Shown here: positions 30,069 to 38,772 of the stretch, one piece after another
Layout: the number at the start of each line of letters is the position of its first letter
Numbering within the stretch: the stretch's first letter is position 1
Origin: a virus
Taxonomy: Duplodnaviria > Heunggongvirae > Uroviricota > Caudoviricetes
IMG/VR virus record: IMGVR_UViG_2558860170_000008
Length of the DNA stretch: 53,298 nucleotides
Strand: one strand, 5' to 3'
Notes under the pieces: generated by a model
Databases searched by the model: none
The model's input: only the letters and a program-made list of their open reading frames with translations
Told to the model about the DNA's origin: nothing
Program-made: the position numbers and the translations under genes

Positions 30069-30650
30069 CTACGCCTTACCAAGCAGCATCTGCCTGATAC
30101 GGAATTCTATCTGCTCGCTCATGCCATCCACGCCGCGCAACTCGTCGGTGACGGCGTTCGCCATCTCTTCAGCAAATGCGGCCCGGATTTCTTTTTCACG
30201 CTTAATGCTGCGCTCGGCGGCACTTTCCGCACGCTGTGCCGACAGGAGGATGTCCTTAATAAGGCGCATATCCACATCGCTGTCGCTGTTCAGGGATTCG
30301 GTGGCAGCACGCAGACGGCGGTACATCAGGGCGCGGGACATTTCCAGAATCAGTGCCGTGGTTTCACCGGTCGGCTTGTCCCCCAGTTCGGCCATCATGG
30401 CTTTTGTCTGCTCGCGTAAATCACGCAGGTTACGGGCAATCAGCTCATTACGGGAGGCCTCCCGGCTGATGGCCGCCGGTGAAAGCTGCTGCTCTTCCGG
30501 CAGACCCGCCTCACGGATCAGGCGGTTGATTTCCTCGCGGATCTGGACCTGCGTCAGGCGTTTTTCACGCAGCATTTCCAGCAGCGGCTTACGGATGCTG
30601 TCGGGGAGCAAATCCACCTTGCGTACACGGCCACGCGTTGGCTTATCCAT
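30069..30650 (-). CDS. Terminase small subunit-like DNA-binding protein (Mu gp27-like)
   Basis: 193-aa basic protein upstream of the large terminase. Confidence 0.7.
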   Translation of the reverse strand: MDKPTRGRVRKVDLLPDSIRKPLLEMLREKRLTQVQIREEINRLIREAGLPEEQQLSPAAISREASRNELIARNLRDLREQTKAMMAELGDKPTGETTALILEMSRALMYRRLRAATESLNSDSDVDMRLIKDILLSAQRAESAAERSIKREKEIRAAFAEEMANAVTDELRGVDGMSEQIEFRIRQMLLGKA

Positions 30651-30652
30651 CG

Positions 30653-30943
30653 TTACCCCCTTGCGCGTGGTTTCTTCACACCCGGAACAGTGGCACGACC
30701 TTCCGCCACATCCTGACCCCGGCCGGTCAGTTCAGCGATGAAATAACCGTTAACAAGCGTGCGCTTACGCACCAGTCCCTGCTCGGCAAGCCAGGCAATG
30801 TGGGTGTGAACGGTGTCGCGGGACACACGGTGGCCGTAATCATCCAGGCAGTCCTGAAGCACGGATTCGCCCAGTTCGCCGTTGTAATCCGCCAGCGACC
30901 GCAGAATGACAAGACGCTGATCTTCAGTAATGAAATCACTCAT
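30653..30943 (-). CDS. Hypothetical protein (Mu gp26-like position)
   Basis: 96-aa ORF with ATG start. Confidence 0.5.
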   Translation of the reverse strand: MSDFITEDQRLVILRSLADYNGELGESVLQDCLDDYGHRVSRDTVHTHIAWLAEQGLVRKRTLVNGYFIAELTGRGQDVAEGRATVPGVKKPRARG

Positions 30944-31242
30944 TGTGTTTTTTTCCTTACAGCCTGCTCCAGCAGCAGTTCGTTCTGGTGGGAGACGGAT
31001 TTCAGGGTGGCATTGGTGGCCTTAAGCTCACCGCGCAGGGTGGTGATTTCGATATTGAGTCTGTTCACCTCCTGCTGCGTGGGCAGGCCGGAAATCCGGC
31101 TCTCCACCCGCTCAACCCGGTCGGAGAGTTTTTCAAAGGCCTCGCGGGGGACAAAGGTTTTGCGCATCAGCGCCATAAAGATCCCCCCGGCCGTGGCCGA
31201 CAGGATCGGCACGACATAATCTTTAACGATACTGACCCACAT
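30940..31242 (-). CDS. Small membrane protein (holin-like by position)
   Basis: N-terminal hydrophobic segment VPILSATAGGIFMALM followed by coiled region; lies in the lysis-cassette neighbourhood. Confidence 0.45.
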   Translation of the reverse strand: MWVSIVKDYVVPILSATAGGIFMALMRKTFVPREAFEKLSDRVERVESRISGLPTQQEVNRLNIEITTLRGELKATNATLKSVSHQNELLLEQAVRKKTQ

Positions 31243-31450
31243 GACCGGCCTCCATGATGTTCTGGCAGTTCACACAACGGATGGCATCCGGCACGGCAAC
31301 CAGACGGGCGGCCGGAATGTCACCCCCGCAGTCCGCGCATGCACGCCTGCCCGGTGTCTCCGCCACCCGGCGCTTACGTGTCAGCCGGTCACAAAGGGCG
31401 CGTTCTGTTGCCCGCTCCACGACTGCCTGAGCACAATCTGAATCATCCAT
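31223..31450 (-). CDS. TraR/DksA-family C4 zinc-finger protein
   Basis: Start at internal ATG (MDDSDCAQAV...); CADCGGDIP...CVNCQ four-Cys motif. Confidence 0.6.
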   Translation of the reverse strand: MDDSDCAQAVVERATERALCDRLTRKRRVAETPGRRACADCGGDIPAARLVAVPDAIRCVNCQNIMEAGHVGQYR

Positions 31451-31460
31451 ACCTTTTTCC

Positions 31461-31832
31461 TTACTTCGTCTTTCCTGCCGGAACAGCAGTCGTTCCGGCC
31501 ATATCAGTAAATTCATGCTGTCGCTGTGCCTCCAGACGGCGGATGCTGGCCTTGTCCACGTTGCAGTTTTTAATCACCGCCAGCAGTTGCAGGTTGTAAG
31601 TGACCGATGCGCCAAATGTGAACGGCTGCGGCACAGGAGGGACCAGACAGTCAGCCAGCCATTCAGCGGGGATCGGCACCGGCTTCACCGGCACGTATTT
31701 CACAGACGGCCCGCCGCACCCGGTCAGCCACATCATCAGGCACAGGAACAGAGGCCGCAGGCACCGTTGCCAGCGACCGGCGGACAATGCTCTGCTGTTC
31801 CTCGCTGTGCTGCATGTTCTGCTGTTTTTCAT
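31461..31832 (-). CDS. Outer-membrane spanin (lipoprotein, Rz1-like); start uncertain
   Basis: Lipobox LTGC followed by a Pro-rich segment PSVKYVPVKPVPIPAEW; overlaps the inner spanin in another frame. Confidence 0.5.
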   Translation of the reverse strand: MKNSRTCSTARNSRALSAGRWQRCLRPLFLCLMMWLTGCGGPSVKYVPVKPVPIPAEWLADCLVPPVPQPFTFGASVTYNLQLLAVIKNCNVDKASIRRLEAQRQHEFTDMAGTTAVPAGKTK

Positions 31833-32013
31833 TCGTGGCCGCCTTGCTGATTTGTGAAATGAGTTGCAGGGTGCGTTGCTGGTTTGCCAGCACCAGACGG
31901 GCTTCGTCCCGTTCACGCACAAGCACATGATTATTGTCCTCAAGGCGCTGCGTCTTCTGGTGCATTCCCCATACCACGGCAGCCAGCACGCTCATCACCC
32001 CCAGCGCCGCCAT
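31663..32013 (-). CDS. Inner-membrane spanin (Rz-like); start uncertain
   Basis: From the internal ATG: N-terminal transmembrane segment MAALGVMSVLAAVVWGM then a coiled region rich in Q/E/R. Confidence 0.5.
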   Translation of the reverse strand: MAALGVMSVLAAVVWGMHQKTQRLEDNNHVLVRERDEARLVLANQQRTLQLISQISKAATNEKQQNMQHSEEQQSIVRRSLATVPAASVPVPDDVADRVRRAVCEIRAGEAGADPR

Positions 32014-32125
32014 ACAGCCTCCGGCAATCAGGGCCGGTAAGGGATTGTTCACCGCAGCCACAGCACACCCCGCAGCAGCACAACGGCACACAGCAGCGCA
32101 ATCATGAGCGGTCGCCAGAAGCGGT

Positions 32126-32626
32126 TCAGACTTTCGGCAAATCGTAACGACATAACCATTCATCCGCCGAACGGCGGGCCTCAAGACCGGGGAGTTTTAC
32201 CCCCTTTGAATAAATCCAGCGGATATACTGCTTACAGGACGCGGGCATCTGCCCGGCATTGATAAGGCACAGGAGCGTGGAGTTGCGAAAGTTCGTTTCA
32301 CCGGCCCAGAAAATCCAGGAGGCCAGCGCCACCGTCTGACCACGGGTAAGCGGCACCTGAACATGACGATCGATAGCCGCAAAGGCCCATTTCATGTCCT
32401 TTTCCAGCAGCTCCAGACACTCTTCATCAGTTTTTGTCATCCCCGGTTTCACATCCGGGCCGGTATGGCCGTAACAGATGGTGGGGGTGCCGGTGGGATC
32501 AATGTACGTGGTGTTTTCTTTCCCTTCCCAGTAGCCGGTGTAGTGCGTGGCAATGGTGAACGTCCCGGCTCCGGCCAGAACAAGGGCAATCAGCTTTTTA
32601 CGCAGGGGTGCGGGGAGTTTTGGCAT
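32126..32626 (-). CDS. Endolysin, glycoside hydrolase family 24 lysozyme with N-terminal signal-anchor-release-like hydrophobic segment
   Basis: 166-aa ORF; catalytic-region pattern E...YIDPTGTPTICYGHTG; N-terminal KLIALVLAGAGTFTIA. Confidence 0.85.
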   Translation of the reverse strand: MPKLPAPLRKKLIALVLAGAGTFTIATHYTGYWEGKENTTYIDPTGTPTICYGHTGPDVKPGMTKTDEECLELLEKDMKWAFAAIDRHVQVPLTRGQTVALASWIFWAGETNFRNSTLLCLINAGQMPASCKQYIRWIYSKGVKLPGLEARRSADEWLCRYDLPKV

Positions 32627-32697
32627 TGTTACGCTGTCTCATGGTGTTCTCTGAGTCAGCGTAACCGTGGGAAAAAGTGGGCAGGATTTGCGGAATA

Positions 32698-33120
32698 TCA
32701 GAAAAGCCGTGGCTGCGTGCGTTCCTGATGCAGGCGACGCTGGTTGCGGATAACGGAGTAAATCTGCGTCTCTGACATCTGGTAGTGGCGGCGCAGGGTT
32801 TCAATTTTTTCGCCCTGGCTCCAGCGGGAAAAAATTTCATTATTGCGCAGTTCGGTGAAAAGGGATTCACCGACCGGGAGATAATAACCACGCCCGCCCA
32901 TGTACCCGGCCTGTGCGGCTGCAACCTTACGGGCAAGCATTCCCGCCTGAGCAGGTTCAATCCCCTGACGGTGCAGTTCAGCACTGATCACATCAACCAG
33001 GTCCCGCAGCGTGCCGGGCCAGTTCTTTTTCAGCTCATCATCAGGAATATCATCCAGACGGTCAATCAGCGCGTGCAGCTGTTCGCTGTCACCAAACATG
33101 CTCATCTGTGTTTCAGCCAT
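32698..33120 (-). CDS. Mor/C-family phage transcriptional activator
   Basis: 140-aa ORF; C-terminal HTH region ...GGRGYYLPVGESLFTELRNNEIF...ETQIYSVIRNQRRL matches the Mu Mor/C pattern. Confidence 0.75.
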   Translation of the reverse strand: MAETQMSMFGDSEQLHALIDRLDDIPDDELKKNWPGTLRDLVDVISAELHRQGIEPAQAGMLARKVAAAQAGYMGGRGYYLPVGESLFTELRNNEIFSRWSQGEKIETLRRHYQMSETQIYSVIRNQRRLHQERTQPRLF

Positions 33121-33190
33121 ACCCGCCTCCGGTCATCATTACACAGGGCAAGTTTAAAATAAAAATCCCGCGCTGTGGCGGGGTTTGGGG

Positions 33191-33703
33191 TTAAAAGGGG
33201 GAGGATTCTTCATACAGCCTGCAAACGCGCTCATAACTCATCACTGTACGCGCTGGCATCCCCAGCACATCCAGCATCTTGCGGCGGTGCCAGCGTTTGA
33301 GACGCTCCAGCACATCAGAGGCCAGCGCGGGGTGTTGTTCCAGCCACTGCCAGTTAGCCACACCTTCGCCGCCGTTCTGAGCGGCCGTCTGCGATTTCAC
33401 CCAGCGGTTAAGGGCTGTTTCCCCGCCATCAGAGATAAAGCCCTGCCGGTGCATCACCTTCCAGATGGCGCGAATTTTGGCGGTCACCGTACCCGGTTTT
33501 AAGGCCCGGTTAACCGGCTTCTGACGCACTTTAAAACCGCGTTTTTTGAAAACATCCAGCACGCGGGATAACTCATCCGGTGACATATCCCGGCAACTGG
33601 GTTTGCCGGTGGCTGCCAGTAGTACGGATGTGTAGGTCTCATGGTCAAGCTGTAGATCGCGTTTTGCGACATGTATTAAGGTAATCAGGGAAGCGCGATT
33701 CAT
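33191..33703 (-). CDS. GemA-like early regulatory protein (Mu gp16-like)
   Basis: 170-aa ORF immediately upstream of the Mor/C-like gene. Confidence 0.5.
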   Translation of the reverse strand: MNRASLITLIHVAKRDLQLDHETYTSVLLAATGKPSCRDMSPDELSRVLDVFKKRGFKVRQKPVNRALKPGTVTAKIRAIWKVMHRQGFISDGGETALNRWVKSQTAAQNGGEGVANWQWLEQHPALASDVLERLKRWHRRKMLDVLGMPARTVMSYERVCRLYEESSPF

Positions 33704-33767
33704 TATCGTGTCTCCGTAACAACAGGCGGCATGGCAACGCCGCCCGGATAAAACTAAAGGTATCGAT

Positions 33768-34178
33768 ATGAAAATAGATTACGATGAAGTATTAAGTATT
33801 CTCACAACTTTTCAGGATGCTGAAACACCTTTCCTTACACTACAGGATCTGGGCATGGCTGAGGCAGAAGGAGAGGAAAAGGATAAAAAAGTTTTTCATC
33901 TTATGCTTCTCGCTGATAATGGCTCAATTGTTAATGGTGATATGCAGTCAGAAACACCCAAATATATTGGTTTCTTTTTCCATTCTCTGGGCGTTGGTTT
34001 CAGAAACACGCCCATTATGCTTACCCAGCAGGGGCATGATTTAGCTAACGCCCTGAGAAAAAAACCAATCCTTGAAAGAATCAAAAAGGAGTTTACAGAC
34101 GCACCATTTGATCTAATTAAAGAAGTTACCAAATCAATGTTAACCAGGTTCGTCAAAGAACGTATTGGGATTGACTGA
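33768..34178 (+). CDS. Hypothetical protein on the opposite strand within the early operon; low-GC insert
   Basis: 136-aa ORF, ATG start, markedly AT-rich relative to flanking prophage DNA. Confidence 0.5.
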   Translation: MKIDYDEVLSILTTFQDAETPFLTLQDLGMAEAEGEEKDKKVFHLMLLADNGSIVNGDMQSETPKYIGFFFHSLGVGFRNTPIMLTQQGHDLANALRKKPILERIKKEFTDAPFDLIKEVTKSMLTRFVKERIGID

Positions 34179-34448
34179 ACAACTTAATTCAGCCAGTAAT
34201 CGCAGGGCGGCGACAGCCGCCTGCTTGTCACTTCTTTTAGCTATTTCCGCAAGAGTATGCACAATCCATAACGGACTTAACGCCACGGCTGAATCCAGAA
34301 TCATGTCATCCATAATAATTTCTGGCATATCCCGCTTGTCACATTCTTTATCCATAAAAGAAACGAATTTCTCTGCATCTTCCGGTTTCATGCCTCCGGC
34401 GATAAGGATTTTGCGATATTCATAAGACGATCTTAATTCAATACTCAT
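34140..34448 (-). CDS. Hypothetical protein (low-GC block)
   Basis: 102-aa ORF; overlaps the convergent 33768..34178 gene by 39 bp, so one of the two boundaries may be wrong. Confidence 0.4.
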   Translation of the reverse strand: MSIELRSSYEYRKILIAGGMKPEDAEKFVSFMDKECDKRDMPEIIMDDMILDSAVALSPLWIVHTLAEIAKRSDKQAAVAALRLLAELSCSVNPNTFFDEPG

Positions 34449-34463
34449 TATTCACCTGCCTGC

Positions 34464-34856
34464 TTAATCTGTTTCCAGTGCTTTGCTACGGGCTATAGCC
34501 TCACATTCAAAAAACACCGACTCCGGCACGCGCTCTTTTAATTCACGAACAAGGAAATCATTAACGCGTTCATGACGTCTTATATTTCTTTCCTTTTCCT
34601 CCTGGCGCAATACAGCAAGGCGGTATTCAACAGCCCGGCGTTGTTTCTGAAAGACAGCCAGTGCTTTTCTGGCAGCATTACGCCATGCATCATCGCCACA
34701 TGGTGCGTATTCAAGCTGAAATTTAATCTCTTCAATAGTTTCTTTGATTTTTGCCAGCAAGCTAAGACAGTCGCTTATTGTCTCCAGCTTTTCATTATCA
34801 ATATAACTTCTCACGCATTCACCTCCCGTAATTCCGGTAAAGCCGAAATATGACAC
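34464..34856 (-). CDS. Hypothetical protein (low-GC block); start uncertain
   Basis: 130-aa ORF overlapping the upstream gene by 46 bp; a GTG start near 34814 is an alternative. Confidence 0.45.
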   Translation of the reverse strand: MSYFGFTGITGGECVRSYIDNEKLETISDCLSLLAKIKETIEEIKFQLEYAPCGDDAWRNAARKALAVFQKQRRAVEYRLAVLRQEEKERNIRRHERVNDFLVRELKERVPESVFFECEAIARSKALETD

Positions 34857-35140
34857 CAGTGCGTCACCTGTCCGTCTTCATCTTCAAGGCAGGCTCCGGT
34901 TTCTTCATCAACAAAAAAGCCTTCATACCCCATATGGCCGATGCGCAGCTCCTGACGGTGACCATACTGAACAATCAGCACGGCAGCCTCCATATCAGGT
35001 GGGAAAGCATCATTCAGTGAATGCCAGGGATAACCGCGTAAATCCCCGAAATAAACACCGGTCAGCGTTCCGCCACAGAGCGGCATTCCGGCGGCACACA
35101 CAAGAGGTTCATCTGATTCAACAAATAAGGTCGTTATCAT
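34811..35140 (-). CDS. Hypothetical early-region protein
   Basis: 109-aa ORF with ATG start, 4-bp overlap with upstream gene. Confidence 0.5.
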   Translation of the reverse strand: MITTLFVESDEPLVCAAGMPLCGGTLTGVYFGDLRGYPWHSLNDAFPPDMEAAVLIVQYGHRQELRIGHMGYEGFFVDEETGACLEDEDGQVTHWCHISALPELREVNA

Positions 35141-35688
35141 GGCGTTAACTCCCGTAATACAGCGTCCTCGGCAGTCCGGCGACGGTAATAAACTGCGTGA
35201 GCAGAATGTTCAGATATTCCAAACTTTTCGCCAATTTCCCGGAATGACAGACGGCGTGGGTAATCGGAATCACGCAGCGCACGTATAAGACGTACATCAT
35301 CATCAGATATGTGCGTGCCGGGGCGTAACTCTCCGCACTTTGTTAATCCAGCACCAATCATTCCTGCCCGACATCTGACAGAATCTTTATTACGTCCGAG
35401 ATATTCTCCCATTTGCTGGCAGGTCATTGTTCTGGCATTTTTTCGAATAAACTTATCTTCATCAGGTGTAAATCTTGGGTGTTTATATTTCAGTAACTCC
35501 GGGTATGAACTGCGCAATACACCAGTCCGGTTATATACAGCCCAGACAGTTCTTTTTATTCTGGCAGCAATATCCTTAACCGGGGTGGATGAATAAAGCG
35601 CAATCAGCAGCGCATCTTCTTCAGGTGTCCACGGACGGACATGAGCGGGGGCGCGACCTTTTAGTCCCATGGGTTGTAATTTCATCAT
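35137..35688 (-). CDS. DNA-binding protein with three tandem HTH-like repeats
   Basis: Three copies of a (W/F/I)(T/S)(P/D)(E/D)(E/D)D...repeat: WTPEEDALLIAL..., FTPDEDKFIRKN..., ISDDDVRLIRAL... Confidence 0.55.
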   Translation of the reverse strand: MMKLQPMGLKGRAPAHVRPWTPEEDALLIALYSSTPVKDIAARIKRTVWAVYNRTGVLRSSYPELLKYKHPRFTPDEDKFIRKNARTMTCQQMGEYLGRNKDSVRCRAGMIGAGLTKCGELRPGTHISDDDVRLIRALRDSDYPRRLSFREIGEKFGISEHSAHAVYYRRRTAEDAVLRELTP

Positions 35689-35691
35689 GCA

Positions 35692-36207
35692 TCACCCCCT
35701 GACTCGCTTTTCAGCAGCATAAAACTCATCAGACAGTATTTCGGTCATTTTCTGTTTTGCGGGTTTTACGCCGCACTGAAGGTAAATCACATCGTCAACG
35801 CAGAACCACTTCACAGGGCCAAACAGGATTGCCGAGAAATCAATACCCAACCAGAACAACAGCGCATCGGTTCTGGCATACGTGACGGGCGAATATTCAC
35901 GCCACAGACTGTTCAGTTCATCAGAGGCAACACGCAGGGTTTTAGGGATACGTGATGTGCGCGGTGTGCAGCTCCAGCCATTCGACGCAGTCGGTTTTCG
36001 CCATAAGTCGCGATGAAAAGGATATTTGTCCTCCGTAAAACGCAGTCCCTTAAAGTAAAATCCACTGATACCGGATACAAATACCGACCGGCACGCAACA
36101 TTCAGCACGGCCTCAAGGCGTTTTGCCTCATCCTTAACTTTCTGGCAGTCCTGCTGGTATTTTTGCCACGCAGCCAGCGCGGAAGGGTTTGATGTTTTAA
36201 AGAACAT
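35692..36207 (-). CDS. Hypothetical early-region protein
   Basis: 171-aa ORF with ATG start. Confidence 0.5.
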   Translation of the reverse strand: MFFKTSNPSALAAWQKYQQDCQKVKDEAKRLEAVLNVACRSVFVSGISGFYFKGLRFTEDKYPFHRDLWRKPTASNGWSCTPRTSRIPKTLRVASDELNSLWREYSPVTYARTDALLFWLGIDFSAILFGPVKWFCVDDVIYLQCGVKPAKQKMTEILSDEFYAAEKRVRG

Positions 36208-36740
36208 TACGCCACCTCCGCAGATATCCCGGCAGGCGCTGCTGTCCGGTCAACAATCAGGTAGCGCAGAACATGTTCAGTGATATTCCAGCCGCTTAAA
36301 CCGCAGATAATGACGCCCAGGCGTATGTCGATATACGCCATCACAAACTGGGGCACGCCTTCTTTCATGGCCTGCTCATCAACTTCAGCCACCACATAAA
36401 CGGTTTCACAGGTCAGAACGCCCTGAGCAAATTCCCACGCCATCGACGGAATATCATGCCCCTCAATCCATGGCAGGGATTTTCTGAAGCCGCACCACTG
36501 AACATCATCAGCCGCAGATTCCTGGCTGCATTTGCGACGAACCGGCTGCACCGGGCGGGGGCGCGGAATATCATAAAAACCGTTACATTCCGTCAGCACG
36601 CCTGCATCAACCGCATCACGCAGAAAATAAACCATGGAGGATGGCGGCATATTCATTTTTTCAGCCAGTACACCGCAGGTCAGGCGGCCATAAATACACA
36701 GCCAGTTTTTAACCCCTTCAAGCACTTTTGCATCAATCAT
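36207..36740 (-). CDS. Hypothetical early-region protein
   Basis: 177-aa ORF with ATG start, preceded by a 145-bp AT-rich intergenic region. Confidence 0.5.
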   Translation of the reverse strand: MIDAKVLEGVKNWLCIYGRLTCGVLAEKMNMPPSSMVYFLRDAVDAGVLTECNGFYDIPRPRPVQPVRRKCSQESAADDVQWCGFRKSLPWIEGHDIPSMAWEFAQGVLTCETVYVVAEVDEQAMKEGVPQFVMAYIDIRLGVIICGLSGWNITEHVLRYLIVDRTAAPAGISAEVA

Positions 36741-36885
36741 GATTTATTTCCCCACCACATTATTAATGACGATATAAACGTATTTCATATTTCTTAACCC
36801 TTATTTTCTGTTTTCAGGCGCAAGCAGTCCCCTGACGCGAGCGCCATAATTAAAATGAAGTGATATTTAATTGATTAATGTGGTG

Positions 36886-37416
36886 TTATTTATTCAGTCC
36901 GGCGTCCTGTTCAAAAGGCTCGACATAAAAACTTTCAGCGCCTTTATTCACCTTGATACCGGCAATGCCTTTCACAGCATCCGGCTCCGCCAGGACGGCT
37001 TCCTTGTTCACTTCCTCTTTCGTGCGGATGAAACGCTCAAGCCCCATACGGCGCAGCATTTCAATCACACCTTCCACATCACGGCTGACGCTGCATGATG
37101 GCGTTCCCAGCCGCCATGACACCGTTCCGGTGGTCAGATTGGCTGTTTTGGTTTTGCCGCCGTTCGTCAGCTCATCACGGTTGGTTTTGCACCAGTCCTG
37201 AATCCCTTTAAAAAGCACTTTGATTTGCTTTTTAAGATTTTCAATCTGCGGCGTATAACGGGCGGTGATTTCTGCCACTTCGTCATTCATCGCCGTTTCC
37301 AGGCGCAGCGCCTCTCGCTGAATATCTCCCAGGGTGCGGATATCACGGCTGACTTCTTCCCGGGTCTGCGGTGCCGCCTCGGCTGCGGCCTTTAATTTTG
37401 TAACGCGTTTAGCCAT
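36886..37416 (-). CDS. gam: Gam-like host-nuclease inhibitor (DNA-end-binding, Ku-like)
   Basis: 176-aa ORF; ...LGDIQREALRLETAMNDEVAEIT...CKTNRDELTNGGKTKTANLTTGTVSWR...ERFIRTKEEVNKEAVL matches Mu Gam closely. Confidence 0.85.
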   Translation of the reverse strand: MAKRVTKLKAAAEAAPQTREEVSRDIRTLGDIQREALRLETAMNDEVAEITARYTPQIENLKKQIKVLFKGIQDWCKTNRDELTNGGKTKTANLTTGTVSWRLGTPSCSVSRDVEGVIEMLRRMGLERFIRTKEEVNKEAVLAEPDAVKGIAGIKVNKGAESFYVEPFEQDAGLNK

Positions 37417-37427
37417 TTTGTTTTTCC

Positions 37428-37721
37428 TTATTGCAGTGTGCCTGATGCTTTATGCACGCGGTGGCGTTTAATGATGGCATCCGCTCCAAAAGACTGTGCA
37501 GATGCCTGAAATTCCGCTGAGAGAAACTGAATAATTGCAGGACTGTGATACTGGAGAATACTTGCATAAACGTCACAGAGTGACGTCGGCCTGTTATCCG
37601 TATCACGTTCTGTTTTCACATCCACTCCAATCTTTTCATGCACTTCAACACAGTCATTGCCTGCCAACTTTTCGTCATGCGAAACATGATTAAATTCAAA
37701 AATAACGCGTACTTTGCTCAT
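37428..37721 (-). CDS. Hypothetical small protein, tandem paralog 1
   Basis: Start at internal ATG (MSKVRVIFEFNHVS...); N-terminus similar to the next gene. Confidence 0.5.
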   Translation of the reverse strand: MSKVRVIFEFNHVSHDEKLAGNDCVEVHEKIGVDVKTERDTDNRPTSLCDVYASILQYHSPAIIQFLSAEFQASAQSFGADAIIKRHRVHKASGTLQ

Positions 37722-37725
37722 GGAA

Positions 37726-37998
37726 TTACCCCTGTTGATTAAATTCATTACCGTTAATAACCCCGGAAGCCATGCCTCTGTCTTTCATGAATGCACTGGC
37801 TTTCATTGCCACAAACTCTGCGAAGTTTCTGCTTTCTGCCAGCATAACCACCCCAAAAATCATGGCGGGTCCATTATCTTTCTTCTTTATTCCGGTTGAA
37901 CGTATATCCAGACTTACCCCTCTGTGCGTGCTGCCATCAGAGTTTTTGCAGATAACATCTTCCTTGTATTCGAAAATAATGCGTACGACTTTACTCAT
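37726..37998 (-). CDS. Hypothetical small protein, tandem paralog 2
   Basis: MSKVVRIIFEYKEDV... shares its N-terminal ~12 residues with 37428..37721. Confidence 0.5.
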   Translation of the reverse strand: MSKVVRIIFEYKEDVICKNSDGSTHRGVSLDIRSTGIKKKDNGPAMIFGVVMLAESRNFAEFVAMKASAFMKDRGMASGVINGNEFNQQG

Positions 37999-38276
37999 CC
38001 TCTGGTCCTCGTTCTGTTTGGATAACTGACCCGGCGTCTAACCTCACGGCAGAACCGAATCATGGCATTAAAGGCTTCTTCCTCCGTCACCGCTTCCGGT
38101 ATCCCCGGAACCAGTAACTGCTCCTGTTCATCACGTCCATGACGCGCCATAACCTCAATCACATGCCGTACCGTGGCAGGCTTTCCGGCAACTATCGGCA
38201 ATGCACCTTCCGGCAGGACGTAACCAAACTCAATAAGACCACTCGACCACGCCCATGCAATGAGATTTTTTTTCAC
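37995..38276 (-). CDS. Hypothetical early-region protein
   Basis: 93-aa ORF, 4-bp overlap with downstream gene. Confidence 0.45.
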   Translation of the reverse strand: MKKNLIAWAWSSGLIEFGYVLPEGALPIVAGKPATVRHVIEVMARHGRDEQEQLLVPGIPEAVTEEEAFNAMIRFCREVRRRVSYPNRTRTRG

Positions 38277-38277
38277 C

Positions 38278-38544
38278 TCACACCTCCCAGTAAACCGTGC
38301 AGCCGCTGATGCGGGTGGCCTTCACACGGCGGCGCAGGCCGTTGGTCTGTATGGTGATTTCAATTTCACCGGTTCCCTGCACGTTGCCTACCGGCGGCGT
38401 GGTTTTCAGTGCAAAACGTTGCGGATAGCGCTTACTGCGTTCCAGTACCGCACCGGCAAGTTCGGTCAGACGGCGCGCGCTGTTCAGGGAGTCGAATAAA
38501 TTCATTTTGTTACCGCAGGATTGCATATTCATATAACACCTCAT
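38278..38544 (-). CDS. Hypothetical early-region protein
   Basis: 88-aa ORF. Confidence 0.4.
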   Translation of the reverse strand: MRCYMNMQSCGNKMNLFDSLNSARRLTELAGAVLERSKRYPQRFALKTTPPVGNVQGTGEIEITIQTNGLRRRVKATRISGCTVYWEV

Positions 38545-38772
38545 TTAGCTGACTTGTTTCGCACCAACAGAACGGCATATTCCGCTGTAAACTTCTGTCG
38601 CACCTTCGCGATCAAGTCCGGCAGATATCACCATTCGTGTGCGGTCATTAAATTCAAAAAGTAAATCGCCACATTCTTTATTTTCGGCCAGTGAAATCAC
38701 CTTCACGTTATCGAAATTAACCAGGTAAAAGCGTCCGTAAATATCAGGAATATTAAATACCGCCATAATCAC
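38545..38772 (-). CDS. Hypothetical small protein in the position of Mu kil
   Basis: 75-aa ORF immediately downstream of the B-like gene. Confidence 0.4.
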   Translation of the reverse strand: MIMAVFNIPDIYGRFYLVNFDNVKVISLAENKECGDLLFEFNDRTRMVISAGLDREGATEVYSGICRSVGAKQVS

